From: Promethearchaeum syntrophicum | GTDB lineage: Archaea; Asgardarchaeota; Lokiarchaeia; Sigyniarchaeales; Promethearchaeaceae | Assembly (NCBI RefSeq): GCF_008000775.2 | Contig: NZ_CP042905.2 | Location: 4,290,001-4,322,000 of the forward strand | Length of the DNA: 32,000 nt | Direction: 5' to 3' | Part shown: positions 18,440 through 27,878 of the stretch, piece by piece | Numbering within the stretch: the first letter of the stretch is position 1 | How the letters are laid out: each line of letters opens with the position of its first letter | Program-made: the position numbers and the translations under genes | Notes under the pieces: model-generated | What the model was told of the DNA's origin: nothing | Seen by the model: the letters and a program-made list of their open reading frames with translations, nothing else | Databases searched by the model: none

Positions 18440-19283
18440 TTTCTTTCAATTCAACAGGAGGTTTGTCTCTAAGAATAGTTGGTCTTGATTTTAATCTTAT
18501 CTTTTCTGCGTCAACTTCTTCTTTTTCAACGATTTCAGAGTGTTTAAAGATAGTAAATACAGAAATAAATGAAGATAAGAATATTCCAATACTTCCTAAT
18601 AAGATCCAAATCCAGAATAAAATAATCTCATACCTTTGAATTAAATATAAACTTGATTCTATTGATCCTGGTTGAAATTCAAATATAAAATTTCTTTGAT
18701 TCATGTATAAAACTAATCCAAGAGTAATAATAGTGCTCGACAGAGAGCATACTACTAGATAAATCTTTTGTGACCATATAGTACAAGCTAATTGCACACA
18801 TGTAATCCCAAACCATATCCAAGTAATTATAATTAATCTATCAAAATAACTTGTAAATTGAGAAGCAGTTACACTATATAATATGATTTCAGGTTTTTCC
18901 CATCCAAAAATTGAAAATCCTAAAATTGGAATTAAAAAACTAAGAATTAAGATACCTATTCCAAAATAAATTGAAATTTGCATAGGAAAAGTCCTTTCAA
19001 TTTTGATTATTGTATCTTCCCCGATAATCATTTCATCAATTTCAGCTTGAACCTTAAGAGGAATTACACTATCTAAGAGAACAAATTCAAACATTTTAAA
19101 CTTATTAATAATTTTGGATGCAAGATCAATTCCGATTTTTTGTTCGCGCTCTTTAGATTTTACTCCTGAATAAAAGTATACTTTCTTTTCCTCGTTATCG
19201 ATTAACAACGCTATATCATGAGGGTAAAGAGTTTCAGATTCAACGAAATCGTTCTTAGAGAGATCTAAAATATATAAAAACAT
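18423..19283 (-). CDS. Membrane protein (about 4 TM) with a cytosolic N-terminal domain, possibly gelsolin-like
   Basis: N-terminus LYPHDIALLIDNEEKKVYFYSGVKSKEREQKIGIDLASKIINKF, followed by four hydrophobic segments; overlaps the methyltransferase start by 17 bp. Confidence 0.55.
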   Translation of the reverse strand: MFLYILDLSKNDFVESETLYPHDIALLIDNEEKKVYFYSGVKSKEREQKIGIDLASKIINKFKMFEFVLLDSVIPLKVQAEIDEMIIGEDTIIKIERTFPMQISIYFGIGILILSFLIPILGFSIFGWEKPEIILYSVTASQFTSYFDRLIIITWIWFGITCVQLACTIWSQKIYLVVCSLSSTIITLGLVLYMNQRNFIFEFQPGSIESSLYLIQRYEIILFWIWILLGSIGIFLSSFISVFTIFKHSEIVEKEEVDAEKIRLKSRPTILRDKPPVELKEIEPTE

Positions 19284-19358
19284 GCTATAATTGGAATTTA
19301 GTTGTTTCTTTTGAAAAAACTTTCGCTAAATATTGATAACAAAGAAAAAAATCTAATT

Positions 19359-20258
19359 TTAGATATTTAATTTAATTTGTTTTGCTCGTGTTCGCAAAGT
19401 TACTTCGGTAACTCTGGCAATTTCACTAATTTCTGTTTGAGTTTTTCGTTCTGCTGTTGATTTAGCTGCGATATAAAGAGCCGCTGCAGCCAATCCTTTA
19501 GGATCTTTACCCATTTTTTTTAATCCATGTTTTAATGCAGTTTTCAACATATTTGCTGCTTTTTGTTGAACTAGAACGGATAAATTCAAATCGTTTCCAA
19601 ACCGGAACACAAGTGGTCCTGGTGAAATTGGTTTGTAGCGAAGATTAAGCACTGGTAAAACATTTCGGACTACTAAACCTAAGGAACGATGAACACTTCG
19701 TAATGGAAGCAATGCTATGTCTACTACCTCTTCTAATAAGCGCGGGAAATTATGAATTCTGATTCCGGCATAAAGAGATGCTGTCACAAATGAATCAATG
19801 CTTCTTCCCATGGTTAATTTTTGTTTAGCAACCTCTGAATAGATTTTCCAGGCGGTTTCAAGAATATGATCCGGAATATTTAATTTCTGGGCAAGTTGGT
19901 TGATCTTTGGGCGAGCTTCCCAAAAATTACGCTCGAGTGAATTAACTAAAGAACCTTGGATTTTGGAAAGACGGTTAAACATTGCTTGTTTTTTGCCTTG
20001 AAGGGATACACCCTTTGCATCAGGTGAATTTGTACCAATTATTGTTCTGGGACCAAAGTTTCTCCATCGTGGCTCAGTTCTTTTACGATTTTTAACTTCG
20101 TCGGCTGTATAAGCGCGTTTTTCTGTTGCTACGAACGATCTTCCTAAAACCATCCCACAATTATGGCACACTCTCATCCCATCATCGTTATGGATAGCAG
20201 GATCACTGCAACATGGTTCATCTTCATTCTCCTTTTCGTAAAAATTTGGTATTGCCAT
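19359..20258 (-). CDS. tfb: Transcription initiation factor TFB (TFIIB homologue)
   Basis: Partial zinc ribbon CC...VCHNCGMVLG, B-reader region RWRNFGPRTIIGT, two cyclin-fold repeats (SLYAGIRIHNFPRLLEEVVDIA; KGLAAAALYIAAKSTAERKTQTEISEIARVTEVTLRTR). Confidence 0.95.
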   Translation of the reverse strand: MAIPNFYEKENEDEPCCSDPAIHNDDGMRVCHNCGMVLGRSFVATEKRAYTADEVKNRKRTEPRWRNFGPRTIIGTNSPDAKGVSLQGKKQAMFNRLSKIQGSLVNSLERNFWEARPKINQLAQKLNIPDHILETAWKIYSEVAKQKLTMGRSIDSFVTASLYAGIRIHNFPRLLEEVVDIALLPLRSVHRSLGLVVRNVLPVLNLRYKPISPGPLVFRFGNDLNLSVLVQQKAANMLKTALKHGLKKMGKDPKGLAAAALYIAAKSTAERKTQTEISEIARVTEVTLRTRAKQIKLNI

Positions 20259-20598
20259 TTTAATTTCATCTATTTTCGCACTCTATTTTTATTAAGACAG
20301 TAATGAGGAAATATGATCCCTCAAAATACCCATTTTATGTTTAGAGCGCGTGTTCTACATAAATAATTTACTGATACAATAAATATTAATTCTTCTATAA
20401 TATTTCCAAAGTTTTTTGGAAAAATTTTTAGGAGATCCCTAGTTTTTGGTAATGAAATCTTCATAAATATAGTTGAAAAAATTGGAAAGATTCCCAAAAA
20501 TGGAATATAATATCTAAAAAGGGAAAAAAAGGATTTAAACGATTTAGAAAAATTACAAAATAATACAAGGTTTTTTATCTTTTTCATAATTTTTTTTT

Positions 20599-21081
20599 TT
20601 ACAAAAGAACAATGCCTATTCCTATACTCCCCGCTATGATAAATTCATTTAAAATTGCCCATTTTTTTTCTTTTAAATTTGGAAGCCAAGAAAAAAGGAC
20701 ATCTCTCACTTTATCAATGCTAGGATGAATAAGCGGATCTCTATGAAAAAACGGTCTTAAAACATACCAATCAATAATATCGGGTAAAACTGAGAAAAGC
20801 ATTACCCACCAATATTTTTCAATGAACCAAATGAAGATAAAGACACTCAGGCCATAAGCATATAATAAATGGAATATCTTAAAGAATAAATCATCCCAAT
20901 GTGCTTTATATGGATGATATGTTGAAATTGCAATGCAATCTAACAAATAATGAGAAATTACTGCTAGAACAGCAATAACTATTATTTTCAACGGAATCGG
21001 AGAAGTTACTAGTAATAAATTAAGTATTTTCGCAGTAAGAATTCCAATAAGAAAGTGAGTAGACATTTGCATTTGATTCAT
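20599..21081 (-). CDS. Membrane protein, possible YdjM/DUF457-like metal-dependent hydrolase family
   Basis: MSTHFLIGILTAKIL...SHYLLDCIA...LPDIIDWYVLRPFFHRDPLIHPSIDKVRD. The ORF opens inside the upstream tRNA, so the start is placed at an internal Met (21081, 21072 or 21066). Confidence 0.45.
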   Translation of the reverse strand: MNQMQMSTHFLIGILTAKILNLLLVTSPIPLKIIVIAVLAVISHYLLDCIAISTYHPYKAHWDDLFFKIFHLLYAYGLSVFIFIWFIEKYWWVMLFSVLPDIIDWYVLRPFFHRDPLIHPSIDKVRDVLFSWLPNLKEKKWAILNEFIIAGSIGIGIVLL

Positions 21082-21095
21082 TCCTTGAATAAATA

Positions 21096-21168
21096 AGCCA
21101 ATGGTGGGAATTGAACCCACGGCATCTTGATTACGAATCAAGCGCTATAGCCTCTAAGCCACACTGGC
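21096..21168 (-). tRNA. tRNA-Thr(CGT), intronless
   Basis: Cloverleaf folds: acceptor GCCAGTG/CATTGGC, D stem GCT/AGC, anticodon arm CTTGA-TTCGTAA-TCAAG, T arm GTGGG-TTCAATT-CCCAC, U73. Confidence 0.93.
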
Positions 21169-21252
21169 CTTTTTGAATCTTTAATTAAACAAGATTTCTG
21201 TAAAACTTTCTAATTAACTAAGGGAAAAAAGTATTGGGATGACCCAATATAA

Positions 21253-22740
21253 TTAATCCGCTTCAAAAAATGTTTTATATGCTAAATAAGTGGAAAATAG
21301 ATCTGCTATGTGAATAATTTCATAAGGGCTATGCATATTTATTACCGGAGTCCCCGCATCGACAACATCACAATTAAAGGATTCTGCAAAATATTTTGCG
21401 ATAGTTCCTCCTCCGCCTTCATCAACCTTTCCCAACTCTACAATTTGATATGGAACTGTTTTTTCATCGTAAATTTTTCTGATATAAGCCATTATTTCTG
21501 CAGGAACATCACTTGAACCATATTTCCCTCCACCACCTGTATGTTTTTCTATTACTATCCCTTTTCCTAATACTGCAGCGTTAAGAGGGTCATGAACTGA
21601 TGGAAAAATCGGATTTATTGCAGATCCTACATCAGCAGATAGCATAAGTGTATTTGACAGAGTTAAATGGAGATTAGTTAAAGTTTCAGAAACTCCTGTT
21701 CTTACCATAATATCATTCATTACAAAACGAATCCATGCAGATTGTGCGCCGGTACTACCATTGCTACCTATTTCTTCTTTATCAAAAATTGACATAATAG
21801 CGGTATTTTTAGGTGCTCCTTTAAGATCAATTAAAGATTTTATTCCTGTCCATGAACAAACCCCATCATCATGACCTGCCGCACCTATCATGCTTCTATC
21901 CAATCCGACGTATCTTGGGGGAAGTCCAGAAACCAAATTTAATTCGGCAGATTGAAGATCAGCTTCGGTAATTCCATGTTTTTCATTCAATATCTTTAAA
22001 ATATTAATTTTGAATTTTTCTTTAACCTTTTTTGCATCCTTATTATTGTTTTCATCAATCGGAAGTGCTCCAGCAAGAACATTTAATTCTTCTCCTTTAA
22101 AAGTCTCAGGTGATTTTCTTTTATTTTGAACGTTTTTAGATAAATGGGGTAAAATATCTGGAATGGTAAAAACTGGATCATCGGGATTCTTCCCAATATC
22201 AATTGGAATCTTAGTGCCATCTTTTTTCACGATTAAACCAGTTAAATGTAATGGAATTGTAGCCCATTGATATTTCTTTATCCCACCGTAATAGTGAGTT
22301 TTAAAAAGTGCAACAGCAGCTTTTCCGTCCTCATATAATGGCCGCATTTTTAAATCCAATCGGGGAGTGTCAATATGAGATCCAATCATGTGGATTTTTT
22401 CTATTAATGATTTTTGACCAATCACTGCCATAGCAACGTTTTTTTCTCTATTGACATAATAAATTTTATCACCGGGGTTCAATTTGTTAATATTTTTACC
22501 AATCTCTAATCTTTTAAATCCATTTTCTTCAGCTTTCTTTATTGTCCAAGTTGTTCTTTCTCGTTCGGTCCGGGCATTTTTCAAAAAGTCGAAATATTCA
22601 TCGGCAAGTTTCAAAGTTTCCTGTTTTTGGTCATCAGTAAATATTTCCCATCCATGTTTAAATTTATTAACCAATTTATCCTCCAAAGATGGTTCTTTAG
22701 GTTTATCTTCCGACTTACTTTCTGTTGTAAAATTGTTCAT
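21253..22740 (-). CDS. M18-family aminopeptidase
   Basis: MIGSHIDTPRLDLK, AAGHDDGVCSW, SIFDKEEIGSNGSTGAQS, LSADVGSAINP, KHTGGGGKYGSSD and INMHSPYEIIHIAD are zinc-binding/catalytic motifs of M18. Confidence 0.92.
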   Translation of the reverse strand: MNNFTTESKSEDKPKEPSLEDKLVNKFKHGWEIFTDDQKQETLKLADEYFDFLKNARTERERTTWTIKKAEENGFKRLEIGKNINKLNPGDKIYYVNREKNVAMAVIGQKSLIEKIHMIGSHIDTPRLDLKMRPLYEDGKAAVALFKTHYYGGIKKYQWATIPLHLTGLIVKKDGTKIPIDIGKNPDDPVFTIPDILPHLSKNVQNKRKSPETFKGEELNVLAGALPIDENNNKDAKKVKEKFKINILKILNEKHGITEADLQSAELNLVSGLPPRYVGLDRSMIGAAGHDDGVCSWTGIKSLIDLKGAPKNTAIMSIFDKEEIGSNGSTGAQSAWIRFVMNDIMVRTGVSETLTNLHLTLSNTLMLSADVGSAINPIFPSVHDPLNAAVLGKGIVIEKHTGGGGKYGSSDVPAEIMAYIRKIYDEKTVPYQIVELGKVDEGGGGTIAKYFAESFNCDVVDAGTPVINMHSPYEIIHIADLFSTYLAYKTFFEAD

Positions 22741-22927
22741 TATATTTTTTTATAGTGAAACTTTTTTTATAGGCTTTCTTCAATTTAATGTTCATTTGTT
22801 AAATGGGGATTTATGAGGCGATTATTGATCAATTAGAATAAAGAATTATGGCTTAAATTACGTAATTGCATTTGTATTTTTCTAGTTTTAACATTACAAA
22901 GGAAGGAAATGGAGTGATATTAATAAA

Positions 22928-24394
22928 ATGATAACGCAACGAGTAGATGAGAATATCTACGAAGTTCCAGCAGATATGAAATTAATTAAAGTTGAAGATA
23001 AAATCCTAAATTTTAACATGAAAGTGCCAGCGCGAATCTATGCTAATGAATATTTGATGGAAAGAATTAGTAAAGATAAAAGTATTGATCAAATTACAAA
23101 TGTTGCATGTTTACCTGGAATTAGAAAACATGTAATTGCGATGAGCGATGCTCACCAAGGATATGGATTCTGTATAGGAGGAGTTGCTGCCACGGATATT
23201 GAAGGAGGAGCAATATCCCCTGGAGGAGTTGGTTATGATATTAATTGTGGCGTGAGGTTATTAAAAACAGGTTTAGAGTACAGTGAGGTTTCAGCCCAAT
23301 TACCAGAATTAACAGAAGGATTGTTTCACAATATACCAAGTGGTTTAGGTTCTAAGGGAAAACTTCATATAACACCTACTGATTTAAATCAGGTTTTGGA
23401 TGAAGGAATTAATTGGGCGATAGAAAAAGGATTCGGGTATGATAAAGATCGTGAATTTTGTGAAGATCATGGTTTTACTCAAGGAGCTGACAGTTCTTTA
23501 GTTTCAAAAAGAGCAAAGGATAGAGGGATAAGACAACTAGGATCTTTAGGTTCAGGAAATCATTTCATCGAAATTCAACGTGTTGAAGAAATATTCGATG
23601 ACCGGGCAGCAAAAATAATGGGAATCCAAAAAAATCAAGTTACCATGATGATTCATACTGGAAGTCGTGCAATGGGTCATCAAGTATGTACTGATTCTTT
23701 GCAGGAAATCGATCATTTAATGCATCGAAATGGGATTATTGCACCAGATCGAGAGTTGGGTTATGCCATAAGTGGAACTAAAGAAGCAGATCGATATTTA
23801 GCTCAAATGCGGGCAGCAGCTAACTTTGCTTGGACTAATCGGCATATCATCATGCACTGGGCCAGAGAAACTTTTCAATCGGTCTTAGGGCTTGAACCTT
23901 CACAAATGGAATTAATTTATGGATTAGCACATAATATTCTTAAACAAGAAGAACATGATCTTGGTAATGGAATGCGTGGAATGGTGAATGTTCATAGAAA
24001 AGGCGCAACCCGAGCATTCCCTCCTGGTCATCCCGATGTCCCTGATAAGTATAAAGAAATCGGTCAACCCGTGCTAATACCTGGAAGCATGGGGACGTCA
24101 TCATATTTATGTGTTGGCCAAGAGAAAGCAATGGATTTGAGTTTTGCTAGCACAGCGCATGGAGGAGGTAGAGAAATGAGTCGTTCAAAAGCAAAACGTC
24201 AATTTTGGGGTAAAACCATTAAACAAGAATTAGGAAAACAAGGGATTGTAGTTCGAGCAGCCTCCCTCAAAATTTTAGCAGAAGAAGCTCCTTTAGCCTA
24301 TAAAAATATAGATGAAGTAGTGGGAGTTTCACATAATTTAGGGATTATTAAGAAAGTTGCGAAGTTAATTCCGATAGGTGTAACAAAAGGATAA
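22928..24394 (+). CDS. rtcB: RNA-splicing ligase RtcB
   Basis: MSDAHQGYGFCIGGVAATD, GGVGYDINCGVRLL, LGSLGSGNHFIEIQ, THMIHTGSRAMGHQV-type region, IYGLAHNILKQEEH; 488 aa. Confidence 0.97.
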   Translation: MITQRVDENIYEVPADMKLIKVEDKILNFNMKVPARIYANEYLMERISKDKSIDQITNVACLPGIRKHVIAMSDAHQGYGFCIGGVAATDIEGGAISPGGVGYDINCGVRLLKTGLEYSEVSAQLPELTEGLFHNIPSGLGSKGKLHITPTDLNQVLDEGINWAIEKGFGYDKDREFCEDHGFTQGADSSLVSKRAKDRGIRQLGSLGSGNHFIEIQRVEEIFDDRAAKIMGIQKNQVTMMIHTGSRAMGHQVCTDSLQEIDHLMHRNGIIAPDRELGYAISGTKEADRYLAQMRAAANFAWTNRHIIMHWARETFQSVLGLEPSQMELIYGLAHNILKQEEHDLGNGMRGMVNVHRKGATRAFPPGHPDVPDKYKEIGQPVLIPGSMGTSSYLCVGQEKAMDLSFASTAHGGGREMSRSKAKRQFWGKTIKQELGKQGIVVRAASLKILAEEAPLAYKNIDEVVGVSHNLGIIKKVAKLIPIGVTKG

Positions 24395-24424
24395 AAAAAT
24401 CGATTATAATGAAGCGGAAAATCT

Positions 24425-24829
24425 ATGGACACAACAGAAATTTTTACAATTCGGAATTTTGAACCTGTGAAAATTCGGGGTGAATTATATGGAAACCTTA
24501 TAGAGTTTAACAAAATTAAAAGGCATGTTAAATTCACCTCGAAATTTCATCAACCAGATTTTATTCATAACGATCAAATTGAAAAAATGATTATCAAATT
24601 TGATAATAAGAGAAAATTATTATGGTTGGGAATCGCAACAATAATACTTTTCATTGGAATTTTTGTTCTTCTTGCCTGGATTCGGTTACCACCATGGAAA
24701 ATCTCAATTAAACTAAAAAAGGAGCAGAAACCCATTGTAATTCGAGCACAGATAGATGAAAGCAAGGCTTCAAATCTCGCCAGTTTTTGTGCCGATCAAT
24801 TTCAAACGATTCTAATTAATCAAAAATGA
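24425..24829 (+). CDS. Single-TM protein of unknown function
   Basis: 134 aa with central TM LLWLGIATIILFIGIFVLLAWI; starts 31 bp after rtcB on the same strand. Confidence 0.5.
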   Translation: MDTTEIFTIRNFEPVKIRGELYGNLIEFNKIKRHVKFTSKFHQPDFIHNDQIEKMIIKFDNKRKLLWLGIATIILFIGIFVLLAWIRLPPWKISIKLKKEQKPIVIRAQIDESKASNLASFCADQFQTILINQK

Positions 24830-24848
24830 TAATCCACTCTGATTTTTT

Positions 24849-25544
24849 TTAAATATGAAGGTAGTGACCGAACTTTTCTTGTTTGGTCTTGAGATAATTA
24901 GCATCATATTGTTGAGGTGGAATTTCCAATGGGACTCTTTCTGCAATTTCAATTCCATAGTCACCCAAAACCATTTTTTCCGGATTGTTGGTTAATAAGC
25001 GAACCGATTTCACTCCAATTTTCTTCAACATCTCCGCAGGGATTTCATAATTACGTTCGTCAGGTTTAAATCCCAGCAAAACATTCGCATCCAAAGTATC
25101 TACTCCATAATCCTGGAGCGCATAGGCTCGAAGTTTATTTACAAGCCCGATCCCGCGCCCCTCTTCTTGGTGATACAACAGAATACCTCTCGCTTCTTTT
25201 TCAATTAATTGAAGAGATGTATGTAATTGAGGACCGCAATCACATCGCTTGGAACCCAATGAGTCTCCCGTAAGGCATTTGGAGTGAATTCTTGTAAGAA
25301 TATTTTCTCCATCTTCGATGTCACCTTTAACTACCATAATATGTTCCTTATTATCTCGGCTGTTTACAAATGCTAAAATTTTAAATTGTCCATATTCGCT
25401 CGGAAAATCTGCTACTGAGACCAAACTCACACATATCGATTTACTGCATGCCCCACATTCCAGACTATGTGGTGAATCATAACATTGGCGGATAAAATTA
25501 ATATCTTGATTGATAATTTCATCAAATGTCGGTATTTTTACCAT
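24849..25544 (-). CDS. ribA: GTP cyclohydrolase II
   Basis: RIHSKCLTGDSLGSKRCDCGPQL, YHQEEGRGIGLVNKLRAYALQD, DANVLLGFKPDERNY, RLLTNNPEKM. ORF opens at 25550. Confidence 0.93.
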   Translation of the reverse strand: MVKIPTFDEIINQDINFIRQCYDSPHSLECGACSKSICVSLVSVADFPSEYGQFKILAFVNSRDNKEHIMVVKGDIEDGENILTRIHSKCLTGDSLGSKRCDCGPQLHTSLQLIEKEARGILLYHQEEGRGIGLVNKLRAYALQDYGVDTLDANVLLGFKPDERNYEIPAEMLKKIGVKSVRLLTNNPEKMVLGDYGIEIAERVPLEIPPQQYDANYLKTKQEKFGHYLHI

Positions 25545-25753
25545 TTTCATTACTTTAATAAGTTCGTTAGGACTTAAATTTTGACTTTAATTCTGAGAAT
25601 GAAATCAACTTATTACCTTTTTTCTAATACCTCAGAATCTCCTATTCTTTTTAAAAAAAGTTACGTCAATTCTCAAAATTATTTAAGAGTCGAAAAAGAG
25701 AAAGAATCAATTAAACCTGATTAATTTTTAAAATATCATTAGAAGAAAGAAAA

Positions 25754-25869
25754 TGTAGGGAGAGGGATTTGAACCCTCGTTTCACTAAGAACTGGAGCCT
25801 CGGTCCAGCGCCGTTTTGACCAATTTTGGTATAACACCAAAAATGTAGACCATGCTTGGCTATCCCTAC
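25754..25869 (-). tRNA. tRNA-Leu(GAG), class II, with a ~30 nt insertion (candidate intron) in the D-loop
   Basis: Acceptor GTAGGGA/TCCCTAC with A73, D stem GCC/GGC, anticodon arm CTGGA-CCGAGGC-TCCAG, long variable arm, T arm GAGGG-TTCAAAT-CCCTC. D-loop carries the extra TACATTTTTGGTGTTATACCAAAATTGGTC. Confidence 0.85.
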
Positions 25870-25911
25870 ATAAAAAAGTATGATCTAACAAATCATTCAT
25901 AAAAAATAAAT

Positions 25912-27846
25912 TTATCTATCTTTATTTGTTTCTGTTTCAACCATTTTTCGAACTTCAATTTCTTGGAAAATCATAATCAAACCATTGATGATTAAAATTA
26001 TCCCAAAGGTAATGAATATGATGAAAAATAAAACTTTAAGAAATTCTGAGTCTTGATTGCTAAATGAGGGGAGATGAGAAGATAATATAAAAATATCATT
26101 CAATATTAAAATCCCATAGACTAATAGAACCAAACCTATAAATATTAGAATACTAGCCCCTACAAAATTTAATCTCCGAGCAATTATTTCTTCTTTTTCT
26201 GAATGGTGAGTTATCCCACCGATTACTATGGTTTTCTCATCCTTCAAGAGTTTCGGTAAAATCCTTCGAATTGTAAAAAGATCGAATAATAAAGATATAA
26301 TCCCAATACATCCCATCAAATAGATTGAAATATTAAAGAAGAGTAGATCTGAGCCGTTAAAAGAAACTTTTATAGATAAAATACTCCAAAGTAGGATTAA
26401 AATAATGCTGATACCAAATTTACTACCGTTTAAAAGTAATAATAAATGAGTACGACGCGCAATACTAAAAAGGTAATAAATTATTCCCATTAGGATTAAA
26501 ATGATTCCAACTATTACACCTAGAAATCCTATGTCGGTGGAAAACATTGAAAATATTAAGATGAGACTTGCAATTATTGCCATAATGGGTATAAATGGAT
26601 ATAATGGAACCTTCCAAGGGCGAATAAGGTTTGAACGTGTATTTCTGAGAATAATTAAAGATATAGATAGGATTACCATAGATAATAAAAAGATAAAATT
26701 ACCTATCTCGGAAATCAAATTGATATCAGCAATAAATGTAATTATAATTATAAGCACAAAAGATGAACCCATAGCTACCCATTGAACTTGTTTTTTATTT
26801 TTTTTCAAAAATCCTTTATTTAAAAATCCGTCTCTTGCCATTGAATGGAGTAAGTGGGTGGACATTTGAAATCCTGAATTGATTGATGTAGTAGTTGCAA
26901 TCATACCAATTAAACCAATAAAATAAATGCCGAAGTTTCCAAATCCAAGACCGAATATATCTGCTAAAGGAGCATCAGATTGGTCTAAAATGATAGAATT
27001 CCAAGAATTTGATGATGTACTTCCAAGATTAATTAATGCAACAAAGCTAACTAACCAATAAATAACAATTCCGATTATAATGGATATTAGATATACCCGC
27101 GGAATAGTTTTTCTCGGTTCTTTAATTTCATCAAATTTAGTAGTAAGTGATTCAAAAGTAGAATTCCATTCATAAACGCAGAAAAAAACAAAGGAATATG
27201 CAGCGGTTGATAAGATTGGTCCAATTTCCATCCGTTCTTGAAAAATTTCAAATCCAAAATCATTATTTAGAGAACTTCCTAGAAAACCGCCCAATATAAT
27301 AAAGGTAATAAATCCAAATAGGAGAGTGTAGGTTAGAATCTTCATTATGCTATTAAGTTTATCGGGATAATATAAAGTAAAGACAAAAAAGAACAGAAGA
27401 ACTGCAAACCCGATAATAGAAACCGTAGTTGAGTTCAAAGAATTAACTGGAAGAAACACGGTCAGAGATAAGGCAAATCCAATTCCTGATAATGCAGTAA
27501 ATAATAAATTTCCAATCCACATTCCCCAACCGATTAGAAACCCCGAAAGACCGCCTATAGCTTCTTTTGAGAAAGAGTAGCCACCACCGGCTATCGGCAA
27601 AGACAAAGCAAGCTCACTGTAGATCATTATAAATAAGATCATAAGAAGTCCGCTAAGGATCAAAGAAATAAGGAGACCAGAATTAGCCTTTAATATAACA
27701 ATCCCCAGAATGGCGAAAATTGGTCCTCCAATAGTCCCCCCCAGAGCTTGCTTGAGCATTCCCAACATGCCCATTTTCTTTTGGTTTTTTTTTGAGAGTG
27801 TTACTGAAGGTTCTATTTCTTCATCAATTGCCATATCTAAAAACAT
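25912..27846 (-). CDS. APC-superfamily amino-acid/cation permease
   Basis: QALGGTIGGPIFAILGIVILKANSG, ELALSLPIAGGGYSFSKEAIGGLSGFLIGWGMWIGNLLF; many TM segments. ORF opens at 27927; start is likely Met at 27846 or 27834. Confidence 0.85.
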   Translation of the reverse strand: MFLDMAIDEEIEPSVTLSKKNQKKMGMLGMLKQALGGTIGGPIFAILGIVILKANSGLLISLILSGLLMILFIMIYSELALSLPIAGGGYSFSKEAIGGLSGFLIGWGMWIGNLLFTALSGIGFALSLTVFLPVNSLNSTTVSIIGFAVLLFFFVFTLYYPDKLNSIMKILTYTLLFGFITFIILGGFLGSSLNNDFGFEIFQERMEIGPILSTAAYSFVFFCVYEWNSTFESLTTKFDEIKEPRKTIPRVYLISIIIGIVIYWLVSFVALINLGSTSSNSWNSIILDQSDAPLADIFGLGFGNFGIYFIGLIGMIATTTSINSGFQMSTHLLHSMARDGFLNKGFLKKNKKQVQWVAMGSSFVLIIIITFIADINLISEIGNFIFLLSMVILSISLIILRNTRSNLIRPWKVPLYPFIPIMAIIASLILIFSMFSTDIGFLGVIVGIILILMGIIYYLFSIARRTHLLLLLNGSKFGISIILILLWSILSIKVSFNGSDLLFFNISIYLMGCIGIISLLFDLFTIRRILPKLLKDEKTIVIGGITHHSEKEEIIARRLNFVGASILIFIGLVLLVYGILILNDIFILSSHLPSFSNQDSEFLKVLFFIIFITFGIILIINGLIMIFQEIEVRKMVETETNKDR

Positions 27847-27878
27847 GCTTTTATGTCTTAAAAATATATGATTAAATA

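Noticed and set aside
20321-20587. 88-aa minus-strand ORF
   Set aside because: Phe/Lys-rich low-complexity translation in an AT-rich spacer with no family resemblance; considered but not supportable.
21082-21141. N-terminal extension of ORF 20599..21141
   Set aside because: Runs into the tRNA-Thr gene; an internal Met at 21081, 21072 or 21066 is a more plausible start.
22484-22816. 110-aa + strand ORF
   Set aside because: Antisense to the 5' part of the M18 aminopeptidase; no motif support.
23940-24765. Minus-strand ORFs 23940..24131, 24298..24537, 24574..24765
   Set aside because: Antisense to rtcB and the downstream single-TM gene.
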